This document shows positions 29,713 to 41,114 of a stretch of DNA of 64,000 nucleotides, piece by piece (the first letter of the stretch is position 1; the number at the start of each line of letters is the position of its first letter). This DNA comes from a virus (taxonomy: Duplodnaviria > Caudoviricetes): IMG/VR virus record IMGVR_UViG_2885633469_000002, positions 32,001 through 96,000 of that record. The stretch is one strand, 5' to 3'. Made by a program: the position numbers and the translations under genes. Under the pieces are notes generated by a model. The model had not been told where the DNA came from and did not search any database. It saw only the letters and a list, made by a program, of their open reading frames with translations.

Positions 29713-30987
29713 TTATATTAATTTTTTTAAAATTATTTCTTGTTCATCAAAACTTAGCCCATCAAGAGTTTTACATTTAATAATAAATTTTTTGCCTATA
29801 TTTTCTTGTTTATTATAAGCTAACAAAACTATACTGTTAGATGTTTTATTTCTAATCTTAACTAACTCGTTGGTATTCTCACTTAAAACACTCCATTCAA
29901 CTACTCCATCAACCTTATTACCTTTACTATTATACAGTTCTACTGTCCATTTAGATAACTTCCCTATCTTCATAAAATCATTTCCGATAATATTACAAGT
30001 GCCACTATGTACACTTGTATCTGTAATTTGTATTGGAATATTAATAATTTGCTTATCATAACAAACCTGTATATTCGTATCACCTTTTGACAAACTTGTT
30101 ATTATTCCATTTTCTATTTTTGCAATTATACCATCAACTTTATAGGTAATTTTATTTAATTCTTCTTGTGATAATATTTCTTTATTTCCCTGAAATAGTT
30201 TAGGATTTAATTGATAAGTTTTATTAATTTCTAGTTGAATAGTTTTGTTGTCTATTTGCAATTTTATAGGTTCTTCTTTTTTTAAATGAGAGTTATCTGC
30301 TAAGTTATTTTTAAAATCATCAAGATTATGTTTTTCCTGCTCTCTAATTAATGTTAATTTTAATAAACCATTTTTCTCGTTGACTTGCTTAAAAGTAAAA
30401 TCATCTATTAACGAAACAGAAAATATACTATTATTATTGAACATAAGTCTTTGCTGTAATTGTATTTTTTTTGTCAAATCATTATAAGGTATTAAAATAC
30501 TTCTTTGGTCATTGCTTAGTATAAATTGTTTTTCTTCTAATCCATCCGAATATAGTGTTGCATTACTTAATATACAAGGATATTGATATACTTTATTTTT
30601 ATATTCAAAAATTATAACGTTATTACAAGGTTTAATTATTAAAGTCTTATGAGATGATATTGTATTTTTTTCTTCAAAAACAATCATATATAATTGTTTA
30701 TTCCAAAGTATCAAATCGCCTACACTATTTGTTTCATCATGTTTACAACAAAGTATTTTACAGTCAATATTTTGTGAATCATTAAAATGATAATCCTGTA
30801 TAGTACATAGAATTTTTTTGTTTAATGAAGTATTATTATCTTTATACATTTCTACTTCATATTTATTTGGTGCATTATTTAAATAATATTCAAAATTTTC
30901 TTTTTCCTGTTTTATTAATTGTTCTTGGGAGGTTATACCGGATACTATTGATTTTCTTCTATACTTATTTAAATAAGAATAATCCAT
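29713..30987 (-). CDS. Head-tail joining/closure protein with Ig-like C-terminal region
   Basis: 424 aa; position after adaptor; IAKIENGIITSLSKG Ig-like motif. Confidence 0.55.
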   Translation of the reverse strand: MDYSYLNKYRRKSIVSGITSQEQLIKQEKENFEYYLNNAPNKYEVEMYKDNNTSLNKKILCTIQDYHFNDSQNIDCKILCCKHDETNSVGDLILWNKQLYMIVFEEKNTISSHKTLIIKPCNNVIIFEYKNKVYQYPCILSNATLYSDGLEEKQFILSNDQRSILIPYNDLTKKIQLQQRLMFNNNSIFSVSLIDDFTFKQVNEKNGLLKLTLIREQEKHNLDDFKNNLADNSHLKKEEPIKLQIDNKTIQLEINKTYQLNPKLFQGNKEILSQEELNKITYKVDGIIAKIENGIITSLSKGDTNIQVCYDKQIINIPIQITDTSVHSGTCNIIGNDFMKIGKLSKWTVELYNSKGNKVDGVVEWSVLSENTNELVKIRNKTSNSIVLLAYNKQENIGKKFIIKCKTLDGLSFDEQEIILKKLI

Positions 30988-31005
30988 ATTCGTACTTTCC
31001 CCTCC

Positions 31006-31437
31006 CTATTTATATTTTAAGTCATTGTAGGTATAACTAATTATATAATTTTTTAAGTTTCTTCTAGTTTTTTCTTCTAAATTGTTTAATTTATCTAATG
31101 TTTGCCAATTAGAACTTAATTTAAAATCTCTATCTCCTAACGATTGCCTTATAAGTTGTAATCTTTGTACTTGTGGTTGTAACCAATGTAACACCATTCC
31201 TAAACTAAGAATATAAATCTCTTCCAAATCTAACTCTATTTCAAATTTTTGTTTTTCCTTGTTTAAATTCTTTATTAAATTTTTTTTACATTTTTTAAAA
31301 TCTACTATTGAATTTTCTAAATAATTAAATAAGAAAGATTCTATGTCTTCATTTTCTAATTTCAACAAATCAGTATCATCTATCTGTGCTAAGAATTTAT
31401 CATAAATTCTTTGAAATGAAGTAGCCAAATTAGCCAC
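31006..31437 (-). CDS. Putative head-tail adaptor
   Basis: 143 aa; TSFQRIYDKFL and EIYILSLGMVLHWL motifs; position after capsid genes. Confidence 0.55.
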   Translation of the reverse strand: MANLATSFQRIYDKFLAQIDDTDLLKLENEDIESFLFNYLENSIVDFKKCKKNLIKNLNKEKQKFEIELDLEEIYILSLGMVLHWLQPQVQRLQLIRQSLGDRDFKLSSNWQTLDKLNNLEEKTRRNLKNYIISYTYNDLKYK

Positions 31438-31442
31438 CTCCT

Positions 31443-31988
31443 TTATTCAACTACACTTAAATCTAATTGCAGTTTTTCTTCTAATAAATCTATAATTCTA
31501 ATATCATATAACTCTCTATTTTCAATCATTTTCCTAGCCTTTGAAGCCAAAATATTTCTTGCTCCTAAAGGAAGCTTCTCTAATTTTTCAGATATTTTGT
31601 TTAAAGGTTGTCTAAAAAATTCTTCTAAATTTTCTATTGGAACTATTGAATTATAGAGACTTTCTAATCCTAAATATTTTATCGCAGAAGGGTTATCATC
31701 TATAACTAACCAAGGTTCAAATAGAAAAACTGGTTTAGATGCTTTCATACTTAACAATTCTCCATATTCAATATATTGTTCAGCACCATAATCATCAAAA
31801 CGCCACGTTGCCCCACTTCTTTCAGATACATAAGTTAATCCACCTACGACTACACTTCTACATGTTATCATTTCATCCCTATTAGGCGGTTTTAGCTCCT
31901 TTTTCTTTGTAGTTGTATTTGTTTTTTCTTTAACATCTACGTTTACCACTTTTGCATCTGTATCTTTAACTTCTTTTTTTGTTGCCAT
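31443..31988 (-). CDS. Phage protein downstream of major capsid gene (YonA-like position)
   Basis: 181 aa; AAGGAG RBS; synteny. Confidence 0.55.
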   Translation of the reverse strand: MATKKEVKDTDAKVVNVDVKEKTNTTTKKKELKPPNRDEMITCRSVVVGGLTYVSERSGATWRFDDYGAEQYIEYGELLSMKASKPVFLFEPWLVIDDNPSAIKYLGLESLYNSIVPIENLEEFFRQPLNKISEKLEKLPLGARNILASKARKMIENRELYDIRIIDLLEEKLQLDLSVVE

Positions 31989-32024
31989 TTAAAAATTCTC
32001 CTTTCAAAGATATTAAAATAAAAA

Positions 32025-32044
32025 GGCTAGATTTATTTCTAGCC
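32025..32044 (-). terminator. Terminator after major capsid gene
   Basis: ggctaga/tctagcc stem plus T-run on the minus strand. Confidence 0.65.
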
Positions 32045-32061
32045 CTTAAAATTGTTTTATA

Positions 32062-33057
32062 TTATGCTATTTCAAAAGAGCCATACATAGCATTAAATAC
32101 TACACCCACTCCAAATTTCTTTTGAAAAGCATATTCCATAGACATATCCATATTGGTTATTCCATCACTAACTTCCTTTATTATAGTTTGTCCCTCATTA
32201 ACTAGTTTTACTGGTTTTATGTTGTTTGGTATTATTAATAACTTTTTGTCATTCAATAAGAAATCAAATGTATTTGCTTTATGTACCTGACTTATAGGCA
32301 TACATTCTATACCATCCCAATGTGAGATTATACCTTTTAGATTTTTAGCTTCTTTCATTCCTTCTGAAATCCACTCACTGTTAATTGTTCCTGTCATTTT
32401 ATTTAAAGCAGTTCTTGTTCCAACTATAGTTATAGGTGCATTACCACAAGAACTAGAAACATGGTCACATATTTCTAACATTCTACTTTCAGTAAAATCA
32501 CCTTTTTCTCTAAACGCAGATGGTAGATAAGATGAAGCGTTCATGAACGAAGTATATATTTCACCATTAATAAAATCATCATAAGATTTCTTTACTTTAT
32601 TAACAAAAGCTACCCAATCTACTCTACCAGATAAAAACCTCGCAAAATCTGCATATATTTTAGCACCGTAAAATTTAGTTGGTACATTAAAACTTTCACC
32701 AACATTTAATTTTTGTCTTCTTATATCCCAATGATTTCCACTAAATCTACTTATTGTTAATAAACTTCTATCTTCAACATAAAACTCATTTTTATCTCCA
32801 AAATCTAAATCTTTTCTTTCAACAAATCTTTCAAAGAACATATTCTGATCCCAACCTTCTACTATAAGTTGGTCTATTGTTTCTTCTATAACTTCAAATA
32901 TTTCATTTTGATGCCTTCTAAATATTTTATAGTCTATTTTGTCTGTACCCACCATATCAACAAAAGCTTTTCTTATTACCTCGCTTGAATCTTTTGCTGA
33001 AAAATTTGGGACTTGTCCTCTATAAGTATCTAAACATAATTTTGCTAACTCTTTCAT
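32062..33057 (-). CDS. Major capsid protein
   Basis: 331 aa; IFEVIEETID, GDKNEF and RFLSGRVDW motifs; strong RBS and terminator; position. Confidence 0.8.
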   Translation of the reverse strand: MKELAKLCLDTYRGQVPNFSAKDSSEVIRKAFVDMVGTDKIDYKIFRRHQNEIFEVIEETIDQLIVEGWDQNMFFERFVERKDLDFGDKNEFYVEDRSLLTISRFSGNHWDIRRQKLNVGESFNVPTKFYGAKIYADFARFLSGRVDWVAFVNKVKKSYDDFINGEIYTSFMNASSYLPSAFREKGDFTESRMLEICDHVSSSCGNAPITIVGTRTALNKMTGTINSEWISEGMKEAKNLKGIISHWDGIECMPISQVHKANTFDFLLNDKKLLIIPNNIKPVKLVNEGQTIIKEVSDGITNMDMSMEYAFQKKFGVGVVFNAMYGSFEIA

Positions 33058-33105
33058 ATTTGTTTTCCTCCTTGAATTCTGTAATTTGTTTTAAAATTAT
33101 TTTAT

Positions 33106-33660
33106 TTAAGCTTTTTTAACCTGAACTGGTATAATCTTAGTCATTCTTCCCATATGTCCTGGCATACCAATTACAGTTGTTGTTCCTATTGATTCTAACG
33201 ATAATATTTTTGCTACAAACACTTCTGTTCCATCTAAAGCTTCCACTTCCTTTAACTTAAATGAACCTTCTTGTGCGACAACATAATTGCCCTTCTTTGC
33301 ACCATTTGATTTATCAATAACATCTATCATATTATCACTTACAGAAAATATATCTGTTTCACTTAATTCATAAGCTCTACTTGCTTCATTTGCTGGTATT
33401 GAATAGTTTTCTAAAGCATAATCACTCATTGTTCTTTCTTCGTAATTTATTTCAGGATTGGCTACAAGAACTATCTTATCTTTTTTAATACTATCAGCCG
33501 TAGGTTTTACAAGAGAATACACTTCTCTTTCACCATCTATTAATTCACCTAAATGTCCTATAAATCCATTTTGTAACTCTTCATTTGTCTGAACAGAGTA
33601 TATATGTCCTACATAACAACTTTTAACTTTATCTAATCTAACTATACCTTTCTTTTCCAT
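33106..33660 (-). CDS. Head decoration/structural protein
   Basis: 184 aa between scaffold and capsid genes. Confidence 0.6.
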   Translation of the reverse strand: MEKKGIVRLDKVKSCYVGHIYSVQTNEELQNGFIGHLGELIDGEREVYSLVKPTADSIKKDKIVLVANPEINYEERTMSDYALENYSIPANEASRAYELSETDIFSVSDNMIDVIDKSNGAKKGNYVVAQEGSFKLKEVEALDGTEVFVAKILSLESIGTTTVIGMPGHMGRMTKIIPVQVKKA

Positions 33661-33708
33661 ATTATTTCCTCCTTAAATTTGTTAATTTATTTTACTTAAT
33701 AGATGGTT

Positions 33709-35151
33709 TTACTTTTCAACATATTTGTTTAATAAACCACCATAACCATCATCTTGGTCTTCTGTTTTTTCCACTTGGAATTTTACAGTTTTCTTTTCTT
33801 CTGTTGAGTTTTTAGAAAACTTCCTTTGATTTTTAACATATAATAACGCTAATTCTTTTTCTAAATCCTCTAATTTCTGAAATTTATTAGAAGTGTTTTT
33901 TAGTTCACTAAATTCTTTAACATCTTCTAATTCTTCGTATTGTGAAAACAATTCATTCTCTGCTTGTTTTCTATCTTCTTTTAATCTTGAAGATTTAAAT
34001 TCGGATAACTTTTTATTTTCATTTTCTAAATTAGAATATTTTACTTGTAATTCTTTATATTCTTTTGTAGGTGTTACATTACATTTTGAAATTGTTTTTT
34101 TAATTAAATTACTTGAGAAGTCTTTTACTATTTCATCAAATTCTTTCTTTAATTTTGAAAAATCAGCAGTTACATTTACATCTTCTCCAACAATTTCCTT
34201 CCAATCACCCCTCATATAAGGTTTTTTACTATCATAATCTAATTTGGCAACATCTCCTGTAATTGTATAAGGAATACCATAATAGTAACTCCAAGTTTTA
34301 CAGTCCGTAACTATTGCTAAATTTTCAGAAACAATCAAGTCAGAAACACAATATTCTGCTGTTTCTATTTTATCTCCACACCAGTCTTCAATTGTAATTG
34401 TTCTCTTAGCTAATTCTTTTCTTAATATCTCATAAATTTGATCATTACTTAAAGTATATTTTGTTTTACCCACATTATCTTCCTCGCTTTCCTTCATATA
34501 TTCTTTAAACATTTCTAACTTATTTTGAATTTCCTTTGCAAAATTTTTATATGAAAACTCTTGCAACTCAACTGACGCTGAACGCATCGCAGGTTGTACA
34601 TCTTTTCCTAATATACAAGCACCAAAGAATTGAAATTTTGTATAATGAAATAACTCATCTTCATCAAAAAAACCATCATAGTTTTCGTGCAGTTCCATTG
34701 ATTGCTGTTTTTTTACATCTCTATTCATAATGTCCTGTATATCAGTCCATTTATTCCATATAAGTCCTTCACAAGTTAAAAAAGTTCTTTCTATACCATC
34801 ATCACAAACTCTACTTTCCAATTTGGCATTATTTGTTTCAGGAATAACACCTACCGCCTGTCCTAAATATTTAATTTTACATTCCCCATTTTGTACTGTT
34901 AAAACTTCTCTATGATCAGAACAATCTTTTTCTCCATCGCTATTATCTTCTATATATGTCAATATAGGCGTATTTGCTAATGATGGAATAGCTTTCTTAG
35001 TAACCTCTTCATCAAAATAACTACCATTTAAGTTTTTCCCTAGATGCATAAGCCAAATTTTAACTGTTGTAAATCGAGTATCTTTGACATCAAACTCATT
35101 TAATTTCTGAAAGATAATTGGAACATTTGTATTTAGTCTCTTTTTTTTCAT
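33709..35151 (-). CDS. Prohead protease/scaffold protein
   Basis: HLGKNLNGS, QSMEL, GACILG..PAM motifs; coiled-coil C-terminus; start 35151 with GGAGGT RBS. Confidence 0.7.
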   Translation of the reverse strand: MKKKRLNTNVPIIFQKLNEFDVKDTRFTTVKIWLMHLGKNLNGSYFDEEVTKKAIPSLANTPILTYIEDNSDGEKDCSDHREVLTVQNGECKIKYLGQAVGVIPETNNAKLESRVCDDGIERTFLTCEGLIWNKWTDIQDIMNRDVKKQQSMELHENYDGFFDEDELFHYTKFQFFGACILGKDVQPAMRSASVELQEFSYKNFAKEIQNKLEMFKEYMKESEEDNVGKTKYTLSNDQIYEILRKELAKRTITIEDWCGDKIETAEYCVSDLIVSENLAIVTDCKTWSYYYGIPYTITGDVAKLDYDSKKPYMRGDWKEIVGEDVNVTADFSKLKKEFDEIVKDFSSNLIKKTISKCNVTPTKEYKELQVKYSNLENENKKLSEFKSSRLKEDRKQAENELFSQYEELEDVKEFSELKNTSNKFQKLEDLEKELALLYVKNQRKFSKNSTEEKKTVKFQVEKTEDQDDGYGGLLNKYVEK

Positions 35152-35165
35152 TTGTTCACCTCCTC

Positions 35166-36659
35166 TCAGCAATATCTATCCCTATTAGAATCATTTTCTC
35201 TGGTTTGTTCCCCAGCTTCTTGTAAGTCCTCTGTATCTTTCCTCGGCTTACCAACTTTTTTTTCTTCATTAGTTTGAGTATGGCTACTATTAAGTGGTAA
35301 CCAACTTTCATGTAATTTCAATACATCATTTTCTAACCATGTATTGATTTGCATATCTATAGGAGAAAGTCCTACCAACGAACCTAAAATTGTTTTTACA
35401 GGTACTCCATATTGTGCTAACTTGAAATGCTTGTCTATCATTTTTTCTTGGTTATTAATAGTAACGTCCAAAAAACTAAATTTATAGTTAAATTGGTTAT
35501 TAGAAAATTTTATTTTTCTATTTATCCATCTAGTACACTGTTTTAAAATTTTAAAAACAATAGATTCATCTGTTTTTATAGATAAATCTACAACAGAACC
35601 ACTATTACCTTTTGAATTAAATAAATTTCCATTTACTCCAGCACTAGACCAAAATAAGTCTTCGGCTTCAATAACTCTATCGTTATTAAGAGTATCTCTT
35701 TCAAATTTAATAGAATCAATCTTCATAGGGGTTAGTATAGCCCCTATTTGGTCAGGCAAAACATTTAACGCTTGGGTATAGAAATCCTTTGCTGTAGTAA
35801 AATCTAACATAGGGACATCAGGTTCTTTATTACTCATTGGAATATTCATTGATAACAATTGATAATTTCCTATTTCTTCTTTTGCTTTTTTAAGCAGTTT
35901 ATAATCATTAATATCATATAAAGCTTCAAATACATTGGCAAAAGGAGGTATGGGATACTCTATTTCTTCATTTATTTTAATACAAATAGTTTTTTTACTA
36001 TTTAATTCTTGATATCTGTTATTCTTCCTATCCTTTAAATATCTATTGTATTTTGTTTCGAATTCTTTTCCATATTCCTGTAATTTTTCTTTTTTATTAT
36101 CAAAAAACGTAAAGTCAAATTGATAATTATAAACACCATCTTCTATTGAACTTATAGAGCAATAATCTGGGTCTAAATTTTTAATAAAATAAGAATCTGT
36201 CGTTTCATATTCGTATCCATAAAAAATATCTTCTTTAAATGCTATCGTTAATATCTTTGCAAACTCATGGGCAAGATTCATTTTATCAATCTTTCTACAT
36301 ATCGTATAATATTCTTTTAAAAACTTTTTTTTATTAATTTTTGAAAAATCTATTATCCCTGTAGGTTTAAAATCATAATAAAATAAAGACATATTAGCAA
36401 AATAGTTAATAAGTCTTTTATAATGTGCTGAATTAACATATAAAAATCTTGATATTTCTCTTAGTGCTTTTTCATATTTTTGTGGATTTTGTAAATAGTC
36501 TATAACATCTTGTTTTTTATATTTTTTAAAAAAACTATTCTTTTTATTATTTTTGTTTAAATCATGTACTACTAAAGATGCTAAACTAGAAAAGAATATT
36601 TGCATTTTTTGTTTCTCTTTTTCTTCTTCTGAAACTTCTGTTACTTTTACTTCAGGCAA
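35166..36659 (-). CDS. Portal protein
   Basis: About 500 aa right after terminase; PIPPF and PLNSSHT motifs; probable TTG start at 36659. Confidence 0.75.
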   Translation of the reverse strand: MPEVKVTEVSEEEKEKQKMQIFFSSLASLVVHDLNKNNKKNSFFKKYKKQDVIDYLQNPQKYEKALREISRFLYVNSAHYKRLINYFANMSLFYYDFKPTGIIDFSKINKKKFLKEYYTICRKIDKMNLAHEFAKILTIAFKEDIFYGYEYETTDSYFIKNLDPDYCSISSIEDGVYNYQFDFTFFDNKKEKLQEYGKEFETKYNRYLKDRKNNRYQELNSKKTICIKINEEIEYPIPPFANVFEALYDINDYKLLKKAKEEIGNYQLLSMNIPMSNKEPDVPMLDFTTAKDFYTQALNVLPDQIGAILTPMKIDSIKFERDTLNNDRVIEAEDLFWSSAGVNGNLFNSKGNSGSVVDLSIKTDESIVFKILKQCTRWINRKIKFSNNQFNYKFSFLDVTINNQEKMIDKHFKLAQYGVPVKTILGSLVGLSPIDMQINTWLENDVLKLHESWLPLNSSHTQTNEEKKVGKPRKDTEDLQEAGEQTRENDSNRDRYC

Positions 36660-36701
36660 ACTTTCACCTTCTTTCTTTTTATACACTAAATTATTTTACA
36701 T

Positions 36702-38501
36702 TTAAATTTTTCTTATATTTGGTGCTTTAAAACCAAACAAATCTGATATATTTAAATTAGATTTTCTTGGCTTTTGCAAATCTCTTTCTTTTTCAGTTAT
36801 ATAATAATTTCCATATGCAATTGATATATATCTATCTTTTGTCCCACTTCTAGGTTCTACTAATTTAATCTTACTATCTCCTGTCAATTCGTAAGATAAA
36901 TTTATCATTTCATTAATTAATAAATCAGTTTGCAAATTAGGCATTTCAAAATTAGCTTGTTCTTCTGGATTTGCATTATTGTATTCTTTTTTCTTTGATA
37001 AATAATCTTTTGCTTCTATTGAATTTACTAGAAATTTAATTTTTCCTTTTTCTAAAGCGTTTTTCATAAAAGTATGTATTTGATGATTTAAAGTAGCATT
37101 TGCTTTTATACTATATATTACAGGTAAAGCTTGTTTGTTTTTGATTCTTTCTGCGACATTTTCATCATTAAAACAAGTCCATGCAGAATATTCACAGTCT
37201 CTCTTTTCATCATATAACACTTTCCCTAATTCGTCACTTATTCCAAGTCCTGCATTTTGTGTGTCTAAGCATATTATATCTGCATTAAAATCTGTAAAAA
37301 TTTGTTTTATTCTAATTGCTTGTTCTGTTGTATTACCACCATTAAAAGCTTCAATGTAAACAACTTGTCTTTCATAAGAATCCTTTACAGGCAAAGCCCT
37401 TATGCAAGAAATTGCGGTATTATCATTACCTTTTCTTTTAACCATAGCTATATCGACAGAAACAACCCTTAATTCGCCATTTTGTTTTGATATATCAAAT
37501 GTATTTTTTTTCTTTTCTACAAAATCTATATGTTTTCTTGGATAAAATGCTTTTTTAATTGTTTGTTGCTTACTTAATAAATTAAATTCATAATAAGCAT
37601 TTTCAGCTCCACCAACCATAAGATTTTGATATTCCATAGCAAAGGACATATTGTCTAATTTCTTCTTTTCTTTAATTAATTGTTTCTTTGTTCTTATACC
37701 ATGTTTTAATGTGATAGCATAATCAAATCCTATTAACAATGAATCTTTTGTTTTATACATCATATTTACAGCCATTTTCATGTGTTCCCACATCCAATGT
37801 GACTTATGCCATGCAGAAGATATATATATTTCCATAGGTTCTTCTTTTAAATGCTCATATTCTTTCTTTTTCAAGTATCGTGCTGGTCTAACAATCAAAA
37901 ATGGAGAAAGTACAGAATCTATAATTTCCTTTTTTATCATTCTAAATTCTTCATAAATTATTACGGTGGCTCTTAAACCTCTAGCATTGTCAGATGCAGG
38001 ACACACCGTAATAGTTGAACCATTATGAAATATGACTTCTGTTTGATTAGAACTTGTTTTTATGTCTTTGATTTCTCTAGCTAAGTTTGGACTATCAGGT
38101 ATTAATTCCTTTTGTATTTTTTCCGTTACTATTAAAGATGCTTGACCTTTTGTGGCTGAAGCAATGACAATCTTGCTATTTGGAAAAAGTATACATCTAG
38201 CACAAGCAAAAATAGCTATTATAAAAGATTTTGCAGCAGCACGACAAGCTACTACTACAATTAAAGGATACAAATTCATCAAATAAATTAATATTTTTTG
38301 ATACAAATGTAATTCTAATTGTAAATAATGTTCTACAAATCTATGTAAATTACGTCTATAAAAAGTTACCCAGTCTATTAATTTTTTCTCGAACTCTATT
38401 TTTTTACTTACTTTCTTAATGTGATTTTTAGGCTTTTTAGCTAAGTTTTTAACATTCATATTCTTTTTTCTTTCAGTTTGATAATTTTTGTAAGAAGCCA
38501 T
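36702..38501 (-). CDS. Terminase large subunit
   Basis: CRAAAKSF Walker A variant, NARGLRA, IIYEEFR Walker B, VSVDIA nuclease motif, KDRY. Confidence 0.9.
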   Translation of the reverse strand: MASYKNYQTERKKNMNVKNLAKKPKNHIKKVSKKIEFEKKLIDWVTFYRRNLHRFVEHYLQLELHLYQKILIYLMNLYPLIVVVACRAAAKSFIIAIFACARCILFPNSKIVIASATKGQASLIVTEKIQKELIPDSPNLAREIKDIKTSSNQTEVIFHNGSTITVCPASDNARGLRATVIIYEEFRMIKKEIIDSVLSPFLIVRPARYLKKKEYEHLKEEPMEIYISSAWHKSHWMWEHMKMAVNMMYKTKDSLLIGFDYAITLKHGIRTKKQLIKEKKKLDNMSFAMEYQNLMVGGAENAYYEFNLLSKQQTIKKAFYPRKHIDFVEKKKNTFDISKQNGELRVVSVDIAMVKRKGNDNTAISCIRALPVKDSYERQVVYIEAFNGGNTTEQAIRIKQIFTDFNADIICLDTQNAGLGISDELGKVLYDEKRDCEYSAWTCFNDENVAERIKNKQALPVIYSIKANATLNHQIHTFMKNALEKGKIKFLVNSIEAKDYLSKKKEYNNANPEEQANFEMPNLQTDLLINEMINLSYELTGDSKIKLVEPRSGTKDRYISIAYGNYYITEKERDLQKPRKSNLNISDLFGFKAPNIRKI

Positions 38502-39421
38502 TATTCATCACCAGCTTCTTCATCTTCATTCCCATCTTCTACATTAAAATCTTTATCAAAATCTCTTGAGCCTGTTAATAAGTTTTTTAACGGTCTGTAT
38601 ATCATTCTATCTAAATATTCTAAGAATCCATCAAAATCAACATATATCTTTTTATCTTTAAAATATTCAGCAGGTTTATATTTTTCTATATCTTTAATCC
38701 ATAGTCCTAAAGCACTCATATTTTCAGGGTCATTTGCGACATTAGCATCTTTAGGAGTTAACCCACCATCAGATAACAATTTTCTATACGTCTCCTCTAG
38801 CTTGTCTACATTTTCTCCTTTTTCTCTTGACTTCATAATTTCTAGTTCCTTTAAGCATAAAAATTTATATGTTTTTTCTTCTGCTAATGTATCGCATTTA
38901 TATCTGGTAGTCCATTCCGTAAAAGCACTATCCAAGAATTCATAATCTTCGGGTGTGTAATCTTTTCCTCTACCCCAAAAACGTATCATTTCTTTTGTAA
39001 TTTTAAAATCTGAATTAATTGTAATCTCAGGAATTCCTTCTTGTCTTTTAATATTCTTCTTTTCAATTTCTAATTTTTCTTCTGTTTCTCCATCTTTCCA
39101 TGTAGCATTTTTTGCTATTCCTCTATTTAAATTTAATCTTGTAATATAATCACCTAGAGGATTCTTAGGTTTCTTCCCTAATACTTTTAAAAATATATCA
39201 TTAAAAAATGGCTTATTTAAGTAATTTTTTAATACATCTTTTAATGCAGTAGCATCTATATCACCATTTACATCACAAGCTAGTATTTGTAAACACTTCT
39301 TGCAAATTGGACAAATTCCATTATATAGTTTTTCATACTGTGGTAAATTACTTGAATAAAAACCAGCTTTGGTCATTTTGCCTTCGCAATTCTTACATTT
39401 TATTTTTTGTTCACTAGCCAT
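38501..39421 (-). CDS. Putative terminase small subunit-like protein with N-terminal Zn finger
   Basis: CKNC and CPICKKC motifs; coupled to terL. Confidence 0.55.
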   Translation of the reverse strand: MASEQKIKCKNCEGKMTKAGFYSSNLPQYEKLYNGICPICKKCLQILACDVNGDIDATALKDVLKNYLNKPFFNDIFLKVLGKKPKNPLGDYITRLNLNRGIAKNATWKDGETEEKLEIEKKNIKRQEGIPEITINSDFKITKEMIRFWGRGKDYTPEDYEFLDSAFTEWTTRYKCDTLAEEKTYKFLCLKELEIMKSREKGENVDKLEETYRKLLSDGGLTPKDANVANDPENMSALGLWIKDIEKYKPAEYFKDKKIYVDFDGFLEYLDRMIYRPLKNLLTGSRDFDKDFNVEDGNEDEEAGDE

Positions 39422-39487
39422 TTTCCATTCACTTCCTTTCTTTCCCAAATAATAAAAAGAAGCTACATAGTAGCAACCTCTCTAAAA

Positions 39488-40306
39488 TTAATTTTCTTTT
39501 TTCAATTCGTATTTAATTTTTAAAATCATATCTAGCAATTTTTCTCTAGTCATTACAGTATTATTACAATTAGGTATTTTACTAAATTCATTTTGAAGTT
39601 TATTTAAATTTTCTTTTAAAAACATATAATTATCTATATCACCAATTTCAGGAATTGAATATATCTCAAATTCATCATAATAATTAATAAAATCATCTAT
39701 TCTTAATTTTTTTAGCCAATTACAATTTGCATTTTTATTAAATTGTTTAAAATTTTCTTCTGTAGTTTCATGGATACTAACATTTGTAGGAAACATTTTT
39801 CTTGTTAAAGTTTTATATCCATTGTTAAAACTATTAAATGATATAATCTGATTTGCACTAATATTTGATATATTATAAGGTAAACTTTCATCAAATATTA
39901 TTAAATCAAAATGAGGCTTTAAACTCCTTGTTTCTTCATTTTTGTACCAATATATTTCAGAAATATTTCTGTCTTCATATTCTATACTTAATGATGTATA
40001 ATATCTATCATTTGTTTTGTTTGTCTTAATATTTTTTATGTTTGAATTGTTTGATAACTTTTTAATTTCATCTATTTTTGAACAAAAGTATACAAAAAAA
40101 CTATTTATAGGAGCTACATATAAAACTCTCCTTGGTCTGCTTCTTAAAACTTTACACATAGCTGTAAATGTTTTTCCTAAACCTCTTGATCAATTTACTA
40201 TCATTGTAGAATTTTTATCTTCTACTACTTTTCTTTGATAATCATAAAGAAAAATAAACTCATCATTGTAAAATTTACTTTCATTAAAATTGCTTGTCTC
40301 TAACAT
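39488..40306 (-). pseudogene. P-loop (terminase/helicase-like) protein interrupted by an in-frame TGA at 40190-40192
   Basis: ATG at 40306 reads ...MIVN*SRGLGKTFTAMCKV... in frame with ORF 39488-40159; Walker A lies upstream of the listed start; LIIFDE Walker B. Confidence 0.65.
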
Positions 40307-40475
40307 AATCCACTCTCACTCTCTTATTTTATAAATAATAAAAACACACCAATACTGATGTGCTTTATAATACTTACAAAAATATTCAATAATAAATAAA
40401 GCCACCATCATTTAGACAGTAGCTTTGTTTATTAAATTGTTATTAATTAACTTTTAATAAAATTCCTATTTTAAC

Positions 40476-41057
40476 CTATTCCTCTGTTCTTTCTAAACAA
40501 AATTCTTCTAAAACCATACCTGCAAATTCAGTTAAAGCATGTCCCAAAACTTCCTCTTTACATTCATTATCCAATATTAAACCAACATAATCCTCTATCA
40601 AATCAGCTAACTCTAAATAACAGTCGACTGTTTCCTCCATTTCATTGTCTTCACATTCTTCACAACATTCACAGCAATCACAATTGTCTTCATCATAATC
40701 TATTATTTCTACCTGAAACTCTACCTCGTCTCGTCCAGTCTCTAAATAATTAAATAAAGTAGGATTATCCTTTAGAATTTTATTATCTATAATAAAATAA
40801 TTACTACTTGTTATTTTTATTTTATTATTAGATTTTAATGGCTCGACACAGAAACATTTCTCTCCAAATTTAGTAACATAATATTCATTCACATCTGATT
40901 GTAAGTCAATTCCTTTATATTCTTTATAATCCATAATACCAAACTCATACATTAACAAATCTGCTAATTCATAGTTGCAAATTGCTTGTATCTCATCCTC
41001 TTCAGTGAACTTATCTACCACATATTTTATAAATTCATCATAATTATCTAATCTCAT
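40476..41057 (-). CDS. Acidic hypothetical protein with Cys cluster
   Basis: 193 aa; CDCCECCEEC; AAGGAG RBS. Confidence 0.6.
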   Translation of the reverse strand: MRLDNYDEFIKYVVDKFTEEDEIQAICNYELADLLMYEFGIMDYKEYKGIDLQSDVNEYYVTKFGEKCFCVEPLKSNNKIKITSSNYFIIDNKILKDNPTLFNYLETGRDEVEFQVEIIDYDEDNCDCCECCEECEDNEMEETVDCYLELADLIEDYVGLILDNECKEEVLGHALTEFAGMVLEEFCLERTEE

Positions 41058-41114
41058 ATTTAAAATCTCCTTTATAATTATATTTCATTAAATTATTTTA
41101 TATTATTTTGTTTT

